A DNA stretch of 64,000 nucleotides from Nitrospirota bacterium (GCA_963741205.1 CAVUHW010000026.1:224001-288000), one strand, 5' to 3'; positions 31,246 to 42,936 are shown, counted from the stretch's first letter. Numbers and translations are program-made. The notes: generated by a model from the sequence alone, not told the origin.

Positions 31246-33829
31246 TTAGCGGGAATCATAAACTCCCGCCAAAAAGTCCCTTGCATAGCGGTCAACGGCG
31301 TTGTCATCATGAAGCGCAGCGTCGAGCTGCCGGGCATAGGCGATCAGCCTTCCCGTCTGGTCGAGGACCTGCTCCATGTCCTCTTGACGAAGTCCGGCAA
31401 GACGCGCGATGAGGAGGTCGCCTTTTATCTTGATGTTGAACCCGTACTCCTTCAAAATTTTCGCGATGAGTTCCAGCCGCCTCGAACGCTTCAGCAGGTC
31501 GGTCGCCCCGCCCGCGAAGCGGAAATAGATGTGGTTGTTTCTTGCGTTTTCGCTCATGAAGCAGTCGATCATGTTGAAATGATATCCGAACCTGATGCTC
31601 ATGTTCACATACTCGCGGGAGATGACGGCAACGTTGTATCCCGCCGTGCTGCCCGTAGCGGACGCTATGTCCGGCATCCTCATCATGCTCGACAGAAAAT
31701 CCTGCGCGGTGAGCGCCACGGCTTCCGAATGCCACGCCCCGGGATGGATCATGCCCTTGACGATCGCCCTGAACGGCAGGGAGTCAATCTGTTCGAAAGT
31801 CGCCTTCCCCTCCTGATCCCCTTCCCGCAGGCCTCCGCCCAGGTCCATGACCACGATGCCGGTGGGGATCGTGAGGTCCAGTTGAACGACCGCGCTCTGC
31901 CTCTTCATCCTGACGCTTCCCTCGCGGGCGCTGTCCACCAGCTCGGCAACGGCCTTCTCATGGATGAACCGCAGGATGTCGTGCAGGGTCCTGCACCGCT
32001 CGGGCGTGAACTCGTCCATGAGCGGATCGATGAGATGGAGCGGTGAGATGTACCGAAGGATGTACCGCTTGCGGCGGAACTCGTAAACGCTCTCCATCTG
32101 TTGTTGATCCTCGCCGGCCTTTGTAAGCAGCTCGCGGATGATCCCTGAGTAGATCATCGAGGTATTGCCCTCTCCCGCGACGAGCGTTATGTCCTGTCCC
32201 TGTTTCAGGATTTCCGTCGCCCCGGGCATATTCACGAGAGTCGGCACTTTCAATTCCCGGCAAAGCGCCGCCATGTGGCTGGTTTGAGAGCCCGTCTCGG
32301 TTACAATCGCGGCGACATAGGGCATGGCCCTGACAAAGAGCGAGGAATCATGAGGAGCGACCAGGATGGCCCCTTTCGGGATGGTAGCGATATCCTCGGG
32401 ATTCCTGACAATAAAGACCATGCCGGCGCCGATGCCGCGCTGGACCACCATGCCGCGGTCTTGCGCAAGAATGGGGTGGTCTGTCGTAGAAGCGGCACTC
32501 ACGCCCTTTGCCGGATCGGAGGCTTGATCCGCGGCCTGAACGTTCAAGGGACGGGCCTGGAGGATAAAGATCGCGCCTTTTTTATCGACGGCCCATTCAA
32601 TGTCCCGGGGACTGCCGAAGTACCGTTCGATGGTCATGGCCTGTCTTGCCAGCGTTACTATTTGTTCAGGAGTGAGACAGGGCCGCGCTTGCAGCTCGTC
32701 GGGGGTCTGGACCTCGACCGTCCCGCCCTTTGCGCTGCTCACGATCATGGATTTTTTAATGCCGTAGGTTGCCCGCACGAGTTCAGGGTCCGTTCCCTTT
32801 TCGAACAACGTACAGGTCTGTCTCCGTCTTGCCTTCGACGATCGCTTCTCCCAGCCCCCAGGCAGCGCTGATGATCAGCCTGTCACGGTCGCCTTCCGGT
32901 GTCGTCGAATAGATGACTCCGCTCGTCTCGGCCCCGACCATGACCATGCAGCCGACCGCCATTTTGAGCGCACTGATGTCATAGCCCAGCTGTTGCTCGT
33001 AGGCGACAGCCTTGCCCGAGTAGAGGCTGGCAACCACCTTTCGGTACGCCCGCTCCACTTCCTGGAGATCCAGGGAAACATTCAGGACGGTCTTGAACTG
33101 GCCGGCAAAGGAATGGCCGCCGTCCTCCTCCCCGGCGCTGCTCCGGAGCGCGAGGAAGGAGCCGTTGTTGCGCCTGCGTATCTTGTCCAGGGCCTTCTGG
33201 ATCCTGCGGCTGACCTCCGGAGGGATTTCTCCATGAAGGATGAGCTCCTGAAGTTCCTGGAGGGCCGAGTCCGACAACGAGGAGTCCTTCGTCAGCTGTT
33301 CGATATGGCCGTCAAGGCGATTATGTTTGACGAAGGCATCAAACCCCGCGGTCGTGATGACGAAGCCGTCGGGGACCGAAAGGTGCAACTGGTTTTTTAC
33401 CTCGGCGAGGTTGGCGTTCTTGCCGCCCACGATCTGCGACACACCCCAGGGGATCTCTTCGAAAAACAGAACGGGCGCCCCTGCCGCCGGCAACGCCTCG
33501 TCCACCATGCTGCTGATCAGGGTGTCGATGTGTTCGAAGGCTTCGCGCAGCCGTTCGTACCTGCCCTGCGTGAGCGCATCGAAAGCACGGAGCGAATTCT
33601 CCATGTCGTTCCTGAGGGAGGCATAGGCCTTTTTAACGTAAACAATATCGAAGAGATAGTCGCCGCCCAGCTTTTCGCCCATGTCCGTTATGGTTTCCAG
33701 TGCGCGGTTGTTGCTTTCGAGTACACCCTTGAAGCGGTCGAATATTGCCCTGAACGCAGCGGGATCGGAAGGGAACTTCCTGCGGGAGAAGGTCCGGGAC
33801 AGGGAGGATACTATGGATTTTATGTCCAT
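31246..33829 (-). CDS. PEP-synthase/PPDK-like protein (ATP-grasp + phospho-His swivel domain + atypical C-terminal domain), frameshift near 32800
   Basis: VGGKNANL, VPDGFVITT, RSSA..ED...SFAGQF, GLGEAIVEG, DIEWA..LQARP and TGSQTSHMAALCRE (His domain). Confidence 0.85.
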
Positions 33830-34041
33830 GGGGTGTTTCCTGGTCTTTCTCTTGTGTCATACCTGCGAAAGCAGGTATCCAGCCTGCACCCGGCGTCTAC
33901 TAGTGCGAGAGCACGAGTGCAGAATGGGCTTCACCATGCAAGGAATGGAGCCTGCCCCAGCATGATTCTAGCCGGGGCGGGAATGACAAAAAAGGGTGCG
34001 CTCGGGGATGACGACCAAAAGAGTACGGCATCGCGCCTGCA

Positions 34042-34411
34042 TCACGCCGTGCCGAGCGCCCGTCTGATCGACTCCTTCAGTTCCTTGATCTTGACCGGCT
34101 TGGGGAAAAAGTCGTGCACGTCCCCCCGGAGCGCCTCGATCGCGGCGTCGAGATTGGCGAAGGCCGTGATCATGATCACCGTCGTGGCAGGGTAGCTCTT
34201 TTTACGGTCCGGAGCACCTCCATGCCGTCGATGCCCTTCATCTTGTAATCGGTCACGACAACGTGGAATTTTTTTTCCTTCAGCCGCGTCAGCGCCGGCT
34301 CGGCATTCAGAAAGGTCTCGACCTCGTAGCCTTCCTGTTCGAGCGACAATTTCGCCATGTCGCCCACGATCTTCTCATCGTCAATGACCATGATGCTGTA
34401 TCATTATCCAT
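34042..34411 (-). CDS. Single-domain response regulator, frameshifted
   Basis: VIDDE and VTDYKMKGIDG; the next frame gives IMITAFA...FFPKPVKI. Confidence 0.85.
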
Positions 34412-34430
34412 TATTGCTTGTCTCCTCTTT

Positions 34431-35836
34431 TTACGCATGACTCATGAACATGGGCAGCTCGATGGTAAAGGTCGTGCCGACCCCCACTTTGCTCTCCACC
34501 CTGATCTCGCCTTTATGGTTTTTTATGATGCCGTAGCTGACCGAAAGCCCCAGGCCCGTCCCGCCCTCGCCCTTGGTGCTGAAAAAGGGATCGAAGATGT
34601 GCGGCAGGAACTCGGGGGGTATGCCCTTGCCCGTGTCCATCACCGTGATCTCGACGGAATCCCCGCCCTTCCCTGGCCGTCGACGCGATAAACAGCCTTC
34701 CTCCCGCGGTCATGGCCTGGACGGCGTTCGTGATGAGATTGACGAGCACCTGCTGGATCTGGTGCTCGTCGATGAACAGATGCGGCAAGCCCGCTGTCCA
34801 GATTCACCATGGTCTCGATATTCGACACATCGATCATGTTCTGGACCAGCGTGAGCGTCTTCTGGATCACGCTGTTGATGTCCGCTTCTTTCGGGTTGCG
34901 CGTCCTTGGGCTTCGAAAAGTCCAGAAGGTTCTTGACGATCTTGCGGATTCGCTCGGTTTCCGCGTCCACCTTGTTCATGAACTCCGATCCGGTCCTTTT
35001 CGCTCAGCTTCGGCGTACAGCTCCGCATAGGTCTGGGCGATCATGGAGATATTGTTCAGGGGATTGGTGATCTCATGCGCGACGCCGGCAGTGAGGATGC
35101 CGAGGGAGGCGAGCTTCTTGGACTGGATGATCTCTTCTTCCCGGTGCGCCAGCTCCTCGGACATGGAATTGATCGCCGTGATGACCGAGCCAAGCTCGTC
35201 CCTGGACTGGAAGCCTTCGATCCGGTTGAAGTTGCCCTCGGAGATGGACTTGGTCAGCTTTTCGATCTGCCCTGAGCGAGCGCACGATCTTCTGCGAGAT
35301 GAAATGGCTGATCAAAAGCGCCGAAACCAGGATGGCCCAGAAGGAAAAGATCAGGATGTGCTTCGAGCTCAGGATGATGTCGTTCACGCGTTTTCGCTCG
35401 AGACGCGTGATGGAATCGGAATATTCCTTCAGTTTCCTCCCCGCCGCCCGGATACTCGCCTCCAGCTCGGGGTCCTGGAGGCTCTTGCGGTCCGCTTCCT
35501 CGATGACCTTCGATAGAACTTCAGATGGGATTCGAGCTGCCTGAGGTCGGTCTCTCCGATCGCCCGGATGATGTCGTCTTTCGCGGCCTTGATGGTCTCC
35601 TGCGTGGCAAGGATCTTTTCCTGGATCTCGGCGAGCGCTTTTTTGTCATGGTACAGGAAATAATTCTTCTCCGACAGCCTCATTTCGAGGAAGGACGCGT
35701 TCAGATCATCGGCGATCTCCACGAACCGGAGCTTCGTCAGTACCAGGCTCATGTTCTGAAAGGCGAAAAAGCCGATCAGGATGATGAAGGCGCCGTTGAT
35801 GATGTTCGATATGATGAGTTTGTTTTCTATTTTCAT
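34431..35836 (-). CDS. HAMP-domain sensor histidine kinase, multiple indels
   Basis: [13 protein letters not shown] periplasmic motif; [10 protein letters not shown]; [10 protein letters not shown]; [14 protein letters not shown]. Confidence 0.85.
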
Positions 35837-35873
35837 TGTGCGGCCACTTGCTGTGATCAGATAATATTTTGAT

Positions 35874-36019
35874 CGTCATTCCCGCGAAAGCGGGAATCCA
35901 GCGACTTCCCAGACTAAGACACATCCTGCACTCGCGCTGCCGCACACCCTGCATTCGCGGCGTAGCTCTCATGATCGCTGCTCGTCTGCATTTCCCGATA
36001 GAAGCATTCGGGAATGACG
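35874..36019. repeat. GTCATTCCCG palindromic element inside the operon
   Basis: CGTCATTCCCGCGAAAGCGGGAATCC ... ATTTCCCGATAGAAGCATTCGGGAATGACG. Confidence 0.75.
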
Positions 36020-36020
36020 T

Positions 36021-37262
36021 TTAGCACTCACATCGGCACCGGGACTCCGGGATCTCCGCCTGTTCCTTCCTGACCGGCAAATACCACAGGAGGCCGTCCA
36101 CGGCCATGAAGACGCCGGCCGCAATCAGAAGGACATCGAAGGCGGTAAGCAGGCTGAACCCGAAATAGTGCATAAGCCCGAGCCCGACGCTCGTAAAGGA
36201 CACGCCGGTCCGGATAAACGCCAGACCCGTCCGCGCGCGGGCGTAGATCGTGCGGTAGCAGGCGGCCACGGTGCGCTGCGCCGCGAGCACGTTCCGTCGC
36301 CGCGCCAGGTGCGTGCGTTCCCTGCTGGCCGGCTGAGGGATAGAGAATGGTGCTGTAGCCGCCGATGCAGTCGCCAAGCCGGGCGAGCATGGTCCCCTTC
36401 GTCGGCCGCTCGATGCTGCAGTGGTCAAGGTCGTGGTAATTCTCAAGGAACTGCATGGTCGCCGACGTCACCTCAATGAGCGTCTGGTGGCCCGGCGTGC
36501 TCATCCTTGTTCTCCGCACGTTGAGATACCCGGTCAGCCCGAAGACGCCAAGGACCGCGCCCGCCGCGATCATCAACCAGTAGAAGACGGGGAGGATGGC
36601 GCCTGTCTGGCGGGTCCTCATGAGCACGATCGGACAGGGCGATGAGGCCCAGCCCCCAGCGGAGGATGGCGAGGTCCGTCCTGCCCTTGGCCAGATCGTT
36701 CCGGTAGCAGGCGAGCCTCGTCCTCCAGTGGGCCATGGTATTGCGCCAGAAGGCGAGGCCCGTCCGCTCCGTCCCGATCAGAAGGCCGGGTTTCGCATGC
36801 AGGTAATCCTGGATGAACCACTGGATATCTTCTTCGAGCGCCACCCAGAATTCATACCTCTCGGCCTTGATGGAGCGTCTTGACCTCCTCGAACATACCG
36901 CGGGTCCTGCGGGTTTGCCGCGGCTATAACAACCGTGTCGCCGTCATGGATGATCGGGAACCACTGGCTGAAGGAAAGCCGCTCGCTGTCGAGGCCCTCC
37001 AGGAAGTTCGGGAGGGATGGGCATCCGCTCGTCATATTCCACAAAGGGGCAGTTATAGTATTCCGACAGCGCAGCCAGGAGGTCCTTTTTCGCAACACCG
37101 TACTCCCGCATCAGGACCTGCTCGAGCTCGATGCCGCGGGCAACGGCAGTGCGTTCCGCGGCTCGCAGCCCGGCCTCCGTCAAAACGCCCCAGTCGAGCA
37201 GAATAAGGAACCGTTCGGCCTGCTGCCTCGGATTCTATATCATATGCGATCTTAGACGTCAT
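36021..37262 (-). CDS. T2SSE_N/MshEN-like domain fused to two DUF202 (YidH/Vtc1-like) membrane repeats (subunit B), multiple indels
   Basis: Joined frames give LLAALSEYYNCPFVEYDE...WFPI...VIAAANPQDP (T2SSE_N-like); then ERTGLAFWRNTMAHWRTRLACYRNDLAKGRTDLAILRWG+2TM; then ERTHLARRRNVLAAQRTVAACYRTIYARARTGLAFIRTG+2TM. Confidence 0.7.
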
Positions 37263-38901
37263 CGTGACTGAACACCGCCTTTTTCCATGATCGGGCGGGC
37301 TTGCCGTAATCCGGGACCGCGATCTCCATTTCGCCGTAACAATAGGGAAACTGTTCCCGCGTGCGTTCGGCCGGAATATGCCAGAAGAGCCCGTCGGCGA
37401 TAAAGAGCAGTGCCCGCAATGATCATCGCTGCGTCGAAGACGGTCCAGAGGACATTTCCGGTCCCGAAATACACCAGGAGCCCCAGACCCACGGCTGAGA
37501 TGCTCATCCCCGTTCTGAGGAGCGCCATCCCCGTCCTGGAACGGGCCATGACCGTCCTCAGCCGGGCCATGACGTTTCGCCGTCTCCGCAAGGAGCGTGC
37601 GCTCCAGGGCAAGGCCCGTCGTGGCCCATATCCCGGGCGAGGCAAACCCCTTGACAGGGGGAGCTGTCCGCAAGGGGCTCGGAGCCGTCATGCCTGAACC
37701 GGGGAGGGAACACAACATCCCAGATGCCGGACTTATGCTCCGTTCTCTTGACGGCCTCACTGCTCTCCCGGCCCGCGCGGCGTCCGGGAAGATACCAGTA
37801 AAAACCCTCCGCCACCATCAGTGATCCCTGCAAGGATAAGCGCCGCGTCCGCAATGCTCCAGGGCCCGGCAGGGAACTGCCTGAGGAGGGCGACACCGAG
37901 CCCGATAAAGGCGAACCCCGTGCGCGTAAACGAAAGCCCCGTGCGCGACCGCGCCATGAGCGTCCGGTAGCACGCGAGCGCCGTGCGTTCTTCGGCAAAG
38001 TCCGTGCGGTCGCTTGCCAGGAACCTCCGCCGCATGACCGGAGAAAGGCTGTTCCACCCGCTCCGGAGCTCGTCCGCGCCCGGCGACCTCGGCGCTCCTC
38101 AGGAAAGACCGGATCGTCGCCGGGGTTTGACACTTCGAGCACCGTCGTCCCGCCCGTAGGCTCCGTTGATCCGCAGACGACCAGCTTCTTCCCGACCCTG
38201 CGGGCGGGCAGGTACCACTTGAAGCCGTCTACGGCCATGACGAGCCCGTGACGCGAACAGGAGCCCTTCGACGACAGTCAGATATCCAAGGCCGAAGACC
38301 CTGAACAGGACGAGCGAGATCGTGATGAAGGAGACGCCGGTGCGGAGGAAGGCAAGCCCCGTCCTGCCCTTCGCAAGCGAGGTCCGATAGGAGGCAAGCA
38401 TCGAACGCCGGTCCGCGAGAAAGGTGCGGACCTTGGCAAGCGGCGTCCTGCCGCCGGCGGGGGGAAGCCGGGATTGAGGTCCTGATTGTGTTCTATGATC
38501 CTGACGAGGTCCGACGGAAGGGCGACTTTGAAGTCGATCTGACTTACACCGAGGGTCTTCCGTACATCATCCAGCACGGCCGGATCGTCGGGACGGCAGG
38601 CGATGACCTCGGCGCTGTCCCCTGTGATCGACAGGGGAAGCCAGAGCGCGCGTTTGAGCCGCTCCATGTCCATCCGCCGTGTGATCTGCTGAGAAACGAT
38701 GACACTTTCGTCATACTCCACGAAGGGGACGCCGTAGTATTCCCCGAGACAGAAGAGGACCTCATGCCTCGGCACTCCCCTCCGGAGAAGCAATTCCTCG
38801 ACAGGAAGGGACGATTCGCCTGCATCACGGACTACGCTCTCCAGGTCCTGCGCGGAGATCTCGCCGCGGCTGACGAGCCTATAATATTTACTTTGCTCCA
38901 T
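37252..38901 (-). CDS. T2SSE_N/MshEN-like domain fused to three DUF202 membrane repeats (subunit A), multiple indels
   Basis: LFCLGEYYGVPFVEYDE...WLPL...VIACRPDD; then three R/T-periodic helices (RTSLAKGRTGLAFLRTG; ERTALACYRTLMARSRTGLSFTRTG; ERTLLA..RNVMARLRTVMARSRTGMALLRTG), each followed by 2 TM ending DG/EG.xW(Y/H)xP. Confidence 0.7.
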
Positions 38902-38967
38902 ACGGATATAATACCACGTGGCGGGAACACCGTATCAAAGGAACGCCGTGCAGGAACGTGCGGAGGA

Positions 38968-39157
38968 TCAGGACTTCTTTTCTTCCTTATTATCCAGCGA
39001 AGGGGCATCCTGGCCGTCTTTCATGGCCTTTCTTGAACTCCCGGATGCTCTTGCCGAGCCCCTCTCCGAGCTCCGGGAGTTTTCCTGGTCCGAAGATGAT
39101 CAGGACGATCAGAAGTATCAGGATCAGGTGCATCGGCTGCATTAAACCTTCGAACAT
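38968..39157 (-). CDS. tatA: Twin-arginine translocase TatA/E subunit (not in ORF track; +1 indel near 39030)
   Basis: Translates as [43 protein letters not shown]; AAGGAG RBS. Confidence 0.88.
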
Positions 39158-39177
39158 GATCTTGCTCCTTTATTTCC

Positions 39178-39600
39178 TCACAACCCGACGACATACACCG
39201 GGCAGGTCGCTCGGTCGATCACCTTCTCCACGATGTGATCGCCGAAAAGCCTGGTGAAGATGCCCTTTTTCTTCTTCGATCCCATGATGATGAGGTCGCA
39301 TTTTTCCTCTTCCGCGACCTCGACGATCCTGTCCGGCACGTCCCCTGACTCCAGCCGCGTCTTGACCATCGCGCCCTCGGCCTTCGCGATCTTGTTGATA
39401 TCGGAGACGGCCTGGGCCCCGCCGTCGTCCAGCACGTCGTTCAGGTTCTTGATGCCGGTCAGGTTCAGGTCGCCCTCGAACGGCTGGACCACCTTCACGA
39501 CGGTGATCCAGGTCCGCTCGTCCTGGGCCAGCTTGATCCCCTGCTTCAGGACTTCCTTGGAACCATTCAGCGCGATAAGAACTTTTCTATAGCCTTTCAT
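39178..39600 (-). CDS. Universal stress protein
   Basis: KVLIALNGS...GDVPDRIVEVA...DLIIMGS...KVI..A.CPVYVV. Confidence 0.9.
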   Translation of the reverse strand: MKGYRKVLIALNGSKEVLKQGIKLAQDERTWITVVKVVQPFEGDLNLTGIKNLNDVLDDGGAQAVSDINKIAKAEGAMVKTRLESGDVPDRIVEVAEEEKCDLIIMGSKKKKGIFTRLFGDHIVEKVIDRATCPVYVVGL

Positions 39601-39727
39601 GTCGGTTCACTCCTTCATACTGAACTATCGAAAGTACGTTACTGGATACTGATGCTATACTGCTCTAGACATCGGATGCGGAATTGCCAACTTATTTCAT
39701 CACATCCTGATCGATCCTCCGCTGCAT

Positions 39728-40592
39728 CTACTTCGCGATCAATATCGGGCACGTGGCATAGGCGATGACCCGCTCCGCCGTGCTCCCCATGATCGCCTTG
39801 TCCACGCCGCTCCATCCGTGGGTCCCCACGACGATCAGATCATGCTTCATCGTGTCGGCGATCTCCACGATCTTGTCGCCGGCGTGGCCTTCCTGCACGA
39901 CCGCCTTGATCTCCACCCCAAGCGCCGAGGCGAGCTTTTTCGCCCCTTCTACGATCTTCTCCGCCTCCTGGAAAAGGCTTTTCTTGACGGACTCGGTCTT
40001 GAAGAAGTCCATCATTTCCTCGTAGCGGGGGATCACATAGAGGACTGACACCTCTGCGCCGTCCACCTTCGACAGTTCGCAGGCCCGCGTCAGCGCCTTC
40101 TTGCTCGATTCGGAGCCGTCAAAGGGGACCAGCAGGGAATGGTAGCTCCCGGTGCATTTGGAGCACGGCTTCTTCACCACCAGCACGTCGCAGGGCGAAT
40201 TCAGGATGACCTGCGAGGTCACGCTGCCCATGAGCAGCCGTTTGAGGCCCTTCCTCCCGTAGGTCCCGAGGGCGATCAGGTCCGCGTTGTTGCCTGAGCG
40301 CCGTTTCCACGATCACCTGGGGCGGCTCGCCTTCGCACACGAGGGATTCGACATTTCCGTTCAGGCCGAACTCGGATTTGATGTCGTTCTTCGCCAGCCG
40401 GCATACCTGCGTGCCGATCTCGAACCGCCTTTCCATCTGCGACGGCAGGATGGCGAACTCCTCCTGGTCGAAGTACACCGCATGGACCAGATGGAGTTTC
40501 CCGCCGTGATTTTTCACCCAGAGCGAGGCTTCCTTCAAGGCCGCCTTGCTCGATACCGACTCATCATATCCGACGACAATGGAGTTGTACAT
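39728..40592 (-). CDS. Tandem two-domain universal stress protein, frameshift near 40300
   Basis: IVVGYDES...; MGSVTSQVI..PCDVLVV; LLVPFDGS...GTHG...MGSTAERV. Confidence 0.88.
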
Positions 40593-41401
40593 TAATGAGA
40601 ACCTCCGCCTTTCCTGAACACCAGGCTCACGCCGAAACCCGCTCCCAGCGCGATGCCGATGGAGAGGATACCGTAGAACGCCGGCGTTGTTCTTCGCCAT
40701 GGTAGCGAGCGTCTTGACCATGCCGACCTGCTCGACGTTCACCTTGGACTCGGCCTGCTCCACGACCTTGCCGTTCTTTACCGCATAGACCGTGACCAGA
40801 TAGTCGCCGGGCGCGGCCTGATAGGGCCAGTCGGTCAGAATGTAATATTCCTGCCGCCCGTCGGCGTTCGTCTTTGTCTCGATCTTTCCGAACGATGTGG
40901 CGTAGACGTGCGAATCTTCCTTGAACTTCACGAACTCATCGAACCATTTGGCCTTTTCTTCCTCGTTCGCGACCGGGGTTATCTCAACATGTTTCTCCAG
41001 GGCGGGGTATCCGATCGTATATTTTTCCAGTTCTTCCCTGCTCAGGATATCTTCCAGGCTTTTTCGTGCTGAAGACCGCGTAGAAGTTCGGGACATGCTC
41101 GAACTTCAGGGTCCCCACGTTCATCCAGAGCATGCCGCCCGACCTTGCCCTTCTGCTTCAGCGTCTGGTGCCCTTCGGGGGCGGTTATCTTGATGACCAG
41201 GTCCACGCCCGGATCCGACTCGCCGCGGACGCTCACGGTGCTGCCGTGATAGAAGAAGTCGATGGTGATGTGGTCATGGTTCGCCCTTGCCGTCAGCATG
41301 GCCGACGCCGTTCCCGCAAACCCGAAGGATAAGAACCAGTGCCAATACGGCGATTGCCGTAATTCCCCGATTTCGTGATTCCGCATTCCGAACTTCTTCA
41401 T
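40592..41401 (-). CDS. TIGR02186-family protein (TSUP partner), indels
   Basis: ITIDFFYHGSTVSV.G, KGKV..LWMN and WPYQAAPGDY.V motifs; C-terminal TM ending GGGSH; directly follows TSUP. Confidence 0.75.
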
Positions 41402-42330
41402 TTAATGTCCTCCCGCCTGCGATATGAGTAATGACGGTGTCAAGGTAAGTTCGAAAACGATCTTCACGGTCACGGCGAGCACGATCCCCGCGAGAAGGAT
41501 CTTGAGCTGGTCGGCCTTGAGCTTCCGGCCGAACACCGCTCCGATCTGGGCGCCGACGGTGGAACCCGAGGAGCAGCAGCACCGCCAGCACGAAATCCAC
41601 GCTGTGGTTCGTATAGGCCTGCAGGAACGTCACCTCGATGCAGGTGAAGAGGATCTGGAACAGGCTCGTTCCGACGACCACATGCATCGGCATCCGGAGC
41701 ATATAGACCATGATCGGCACCATCAGGAACCCGCCGCCCACGCCCATGATCGCGGCAAGCACGCCCACGAACGCTCCCGAGAACGATCGGCACGAGGACG
41801 GAATGGGTGATGCCGGACTTCTCGAAACGGGTCTGGAGCGGGAGCGACTTCAGGAACCTGCCCACGGCCGATTCTTTCTCTTCCTTTACCTCAACGGCCT
41901 GCGCGCCCTTTTTCTTCTTCATGCTCTGGAGGCTTTCGATGAACATGTAGCCGCCGACGATGCCGAGCATGAGCATATAGGTCATCTTGATCACGAAATC
42001 GGCGTTGCCCATGGCATGGAGCAGCTTGATCGCCTGAACGCCGACGATGCCGCCCAGGAAACCGCCTACCAGAAGGTAAAGCCCCATCTTGAAATCGACG
42101 TTGCCGACCTTCCAGTGCGCATAGGTGCCGGACGTAGACGCGGCCACGATCTGGTTCGAGTCGGTCGCCGCCGCCACGGTCGAAGGAATGCCGAACATGA
42201 TGAGAAGCGGCGTCATGAGAAAGCCTCCGCCCACGCCGAACAGGCCGGAAAGCAGCCCCACGGCAAGCCCGAGCCCCACAGGGACCAGGATATTGATACT
42301 TGTCAATGCCACCGGTAAATACAAATGCAT
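41402..42330 (-). CDS. TSUP (TauE/SafE) family permease, indels
   Basis: MHLYLPVA, SGLFGVGGGFLMTP, MGVGGGFLMVP and VVGTSLFQI motifs. Confidence 0.9.
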
Positions 42331-42441
42331 TGTCTCAACTCCTTTTCTTCGAATTTAAAATACGGTGCTCTTTTCAGCCGCCGTTCTCCGCACAAACGGT
42401 TAGTTTTTTTTGTAATACCCTTAATGATAAAGTTCAGTAGG

Positions 42442-42936
42442 CTACGCCATCGCGGCCTGTCTCGTCATGGTCACGATCGGACGCGACGCCGTCCGGACAA
42501 GACGGTTCAGGTCCTTGGCTGAAACATTGCCATTGCCGGTCACGGCGGGGCTCAGCACGACCTTGTCGATTCCCGCATGGTTCTTGAGAAACGTCCGGAT
42601 GCCCGATACCGCATCGAGGTCCGTTTCCTGAACGCCCACCTGGATGCCTTCCCGTCGGCATTTATCCATGAGCACGGAGAGCAGCTTTTCATACTGCCGG
42701 CCGGAATCGGCGGAATCGCCCGACATAATCTCGCGCGCCGTCACGTGCTCATCTGCCTCGGCAAAGCTCACGGCCGTCATCAGGTCCCCGAGCCTGTCCA
42801 TGAGCTTGCTCTTCTTCTGAACCATAAGAAGCGTGATGTCCTCGTACATCGCCTTGGCCAGTTCGATTGCATACGATACGCCCTCTTCCAGATTCTCATC
42901 CCGGTAGGTGACGAACAGCAACTGCCTCTTTCCCAT
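42442..42936 (-). CDS. Hypothetical protein, degenerate USP-like fold; first gene of the operon
   Basis: AAGGAGG RBS; LLFVTY...GVSYAIELAK...PIVTM resembles USP topology. Confidence 0.6.
   Translation of the reverse strand: MGKRQLLFVTYRDENLEEGVSYAIELAKAMYEDITLLMVQKKSKLMDRLGDLMTAVSFAEADEHVTAREIMSGDSADSGRQYEKLLSVLMDKCRREGIQVGVQETDLDAVSGIRTFLKNHAGIDKVVLSPAVTGNGNVSAKDLNRLVRTASRPIVTMTRQAAMA

Noticed and set aside
36021-38901. Type II secretion or type IV pilus ATPase genes
   Set aside because: Only the N-terminal domain is similar; there are no Walker A/B motifs and no pilin, secretin or platform genes nearby.
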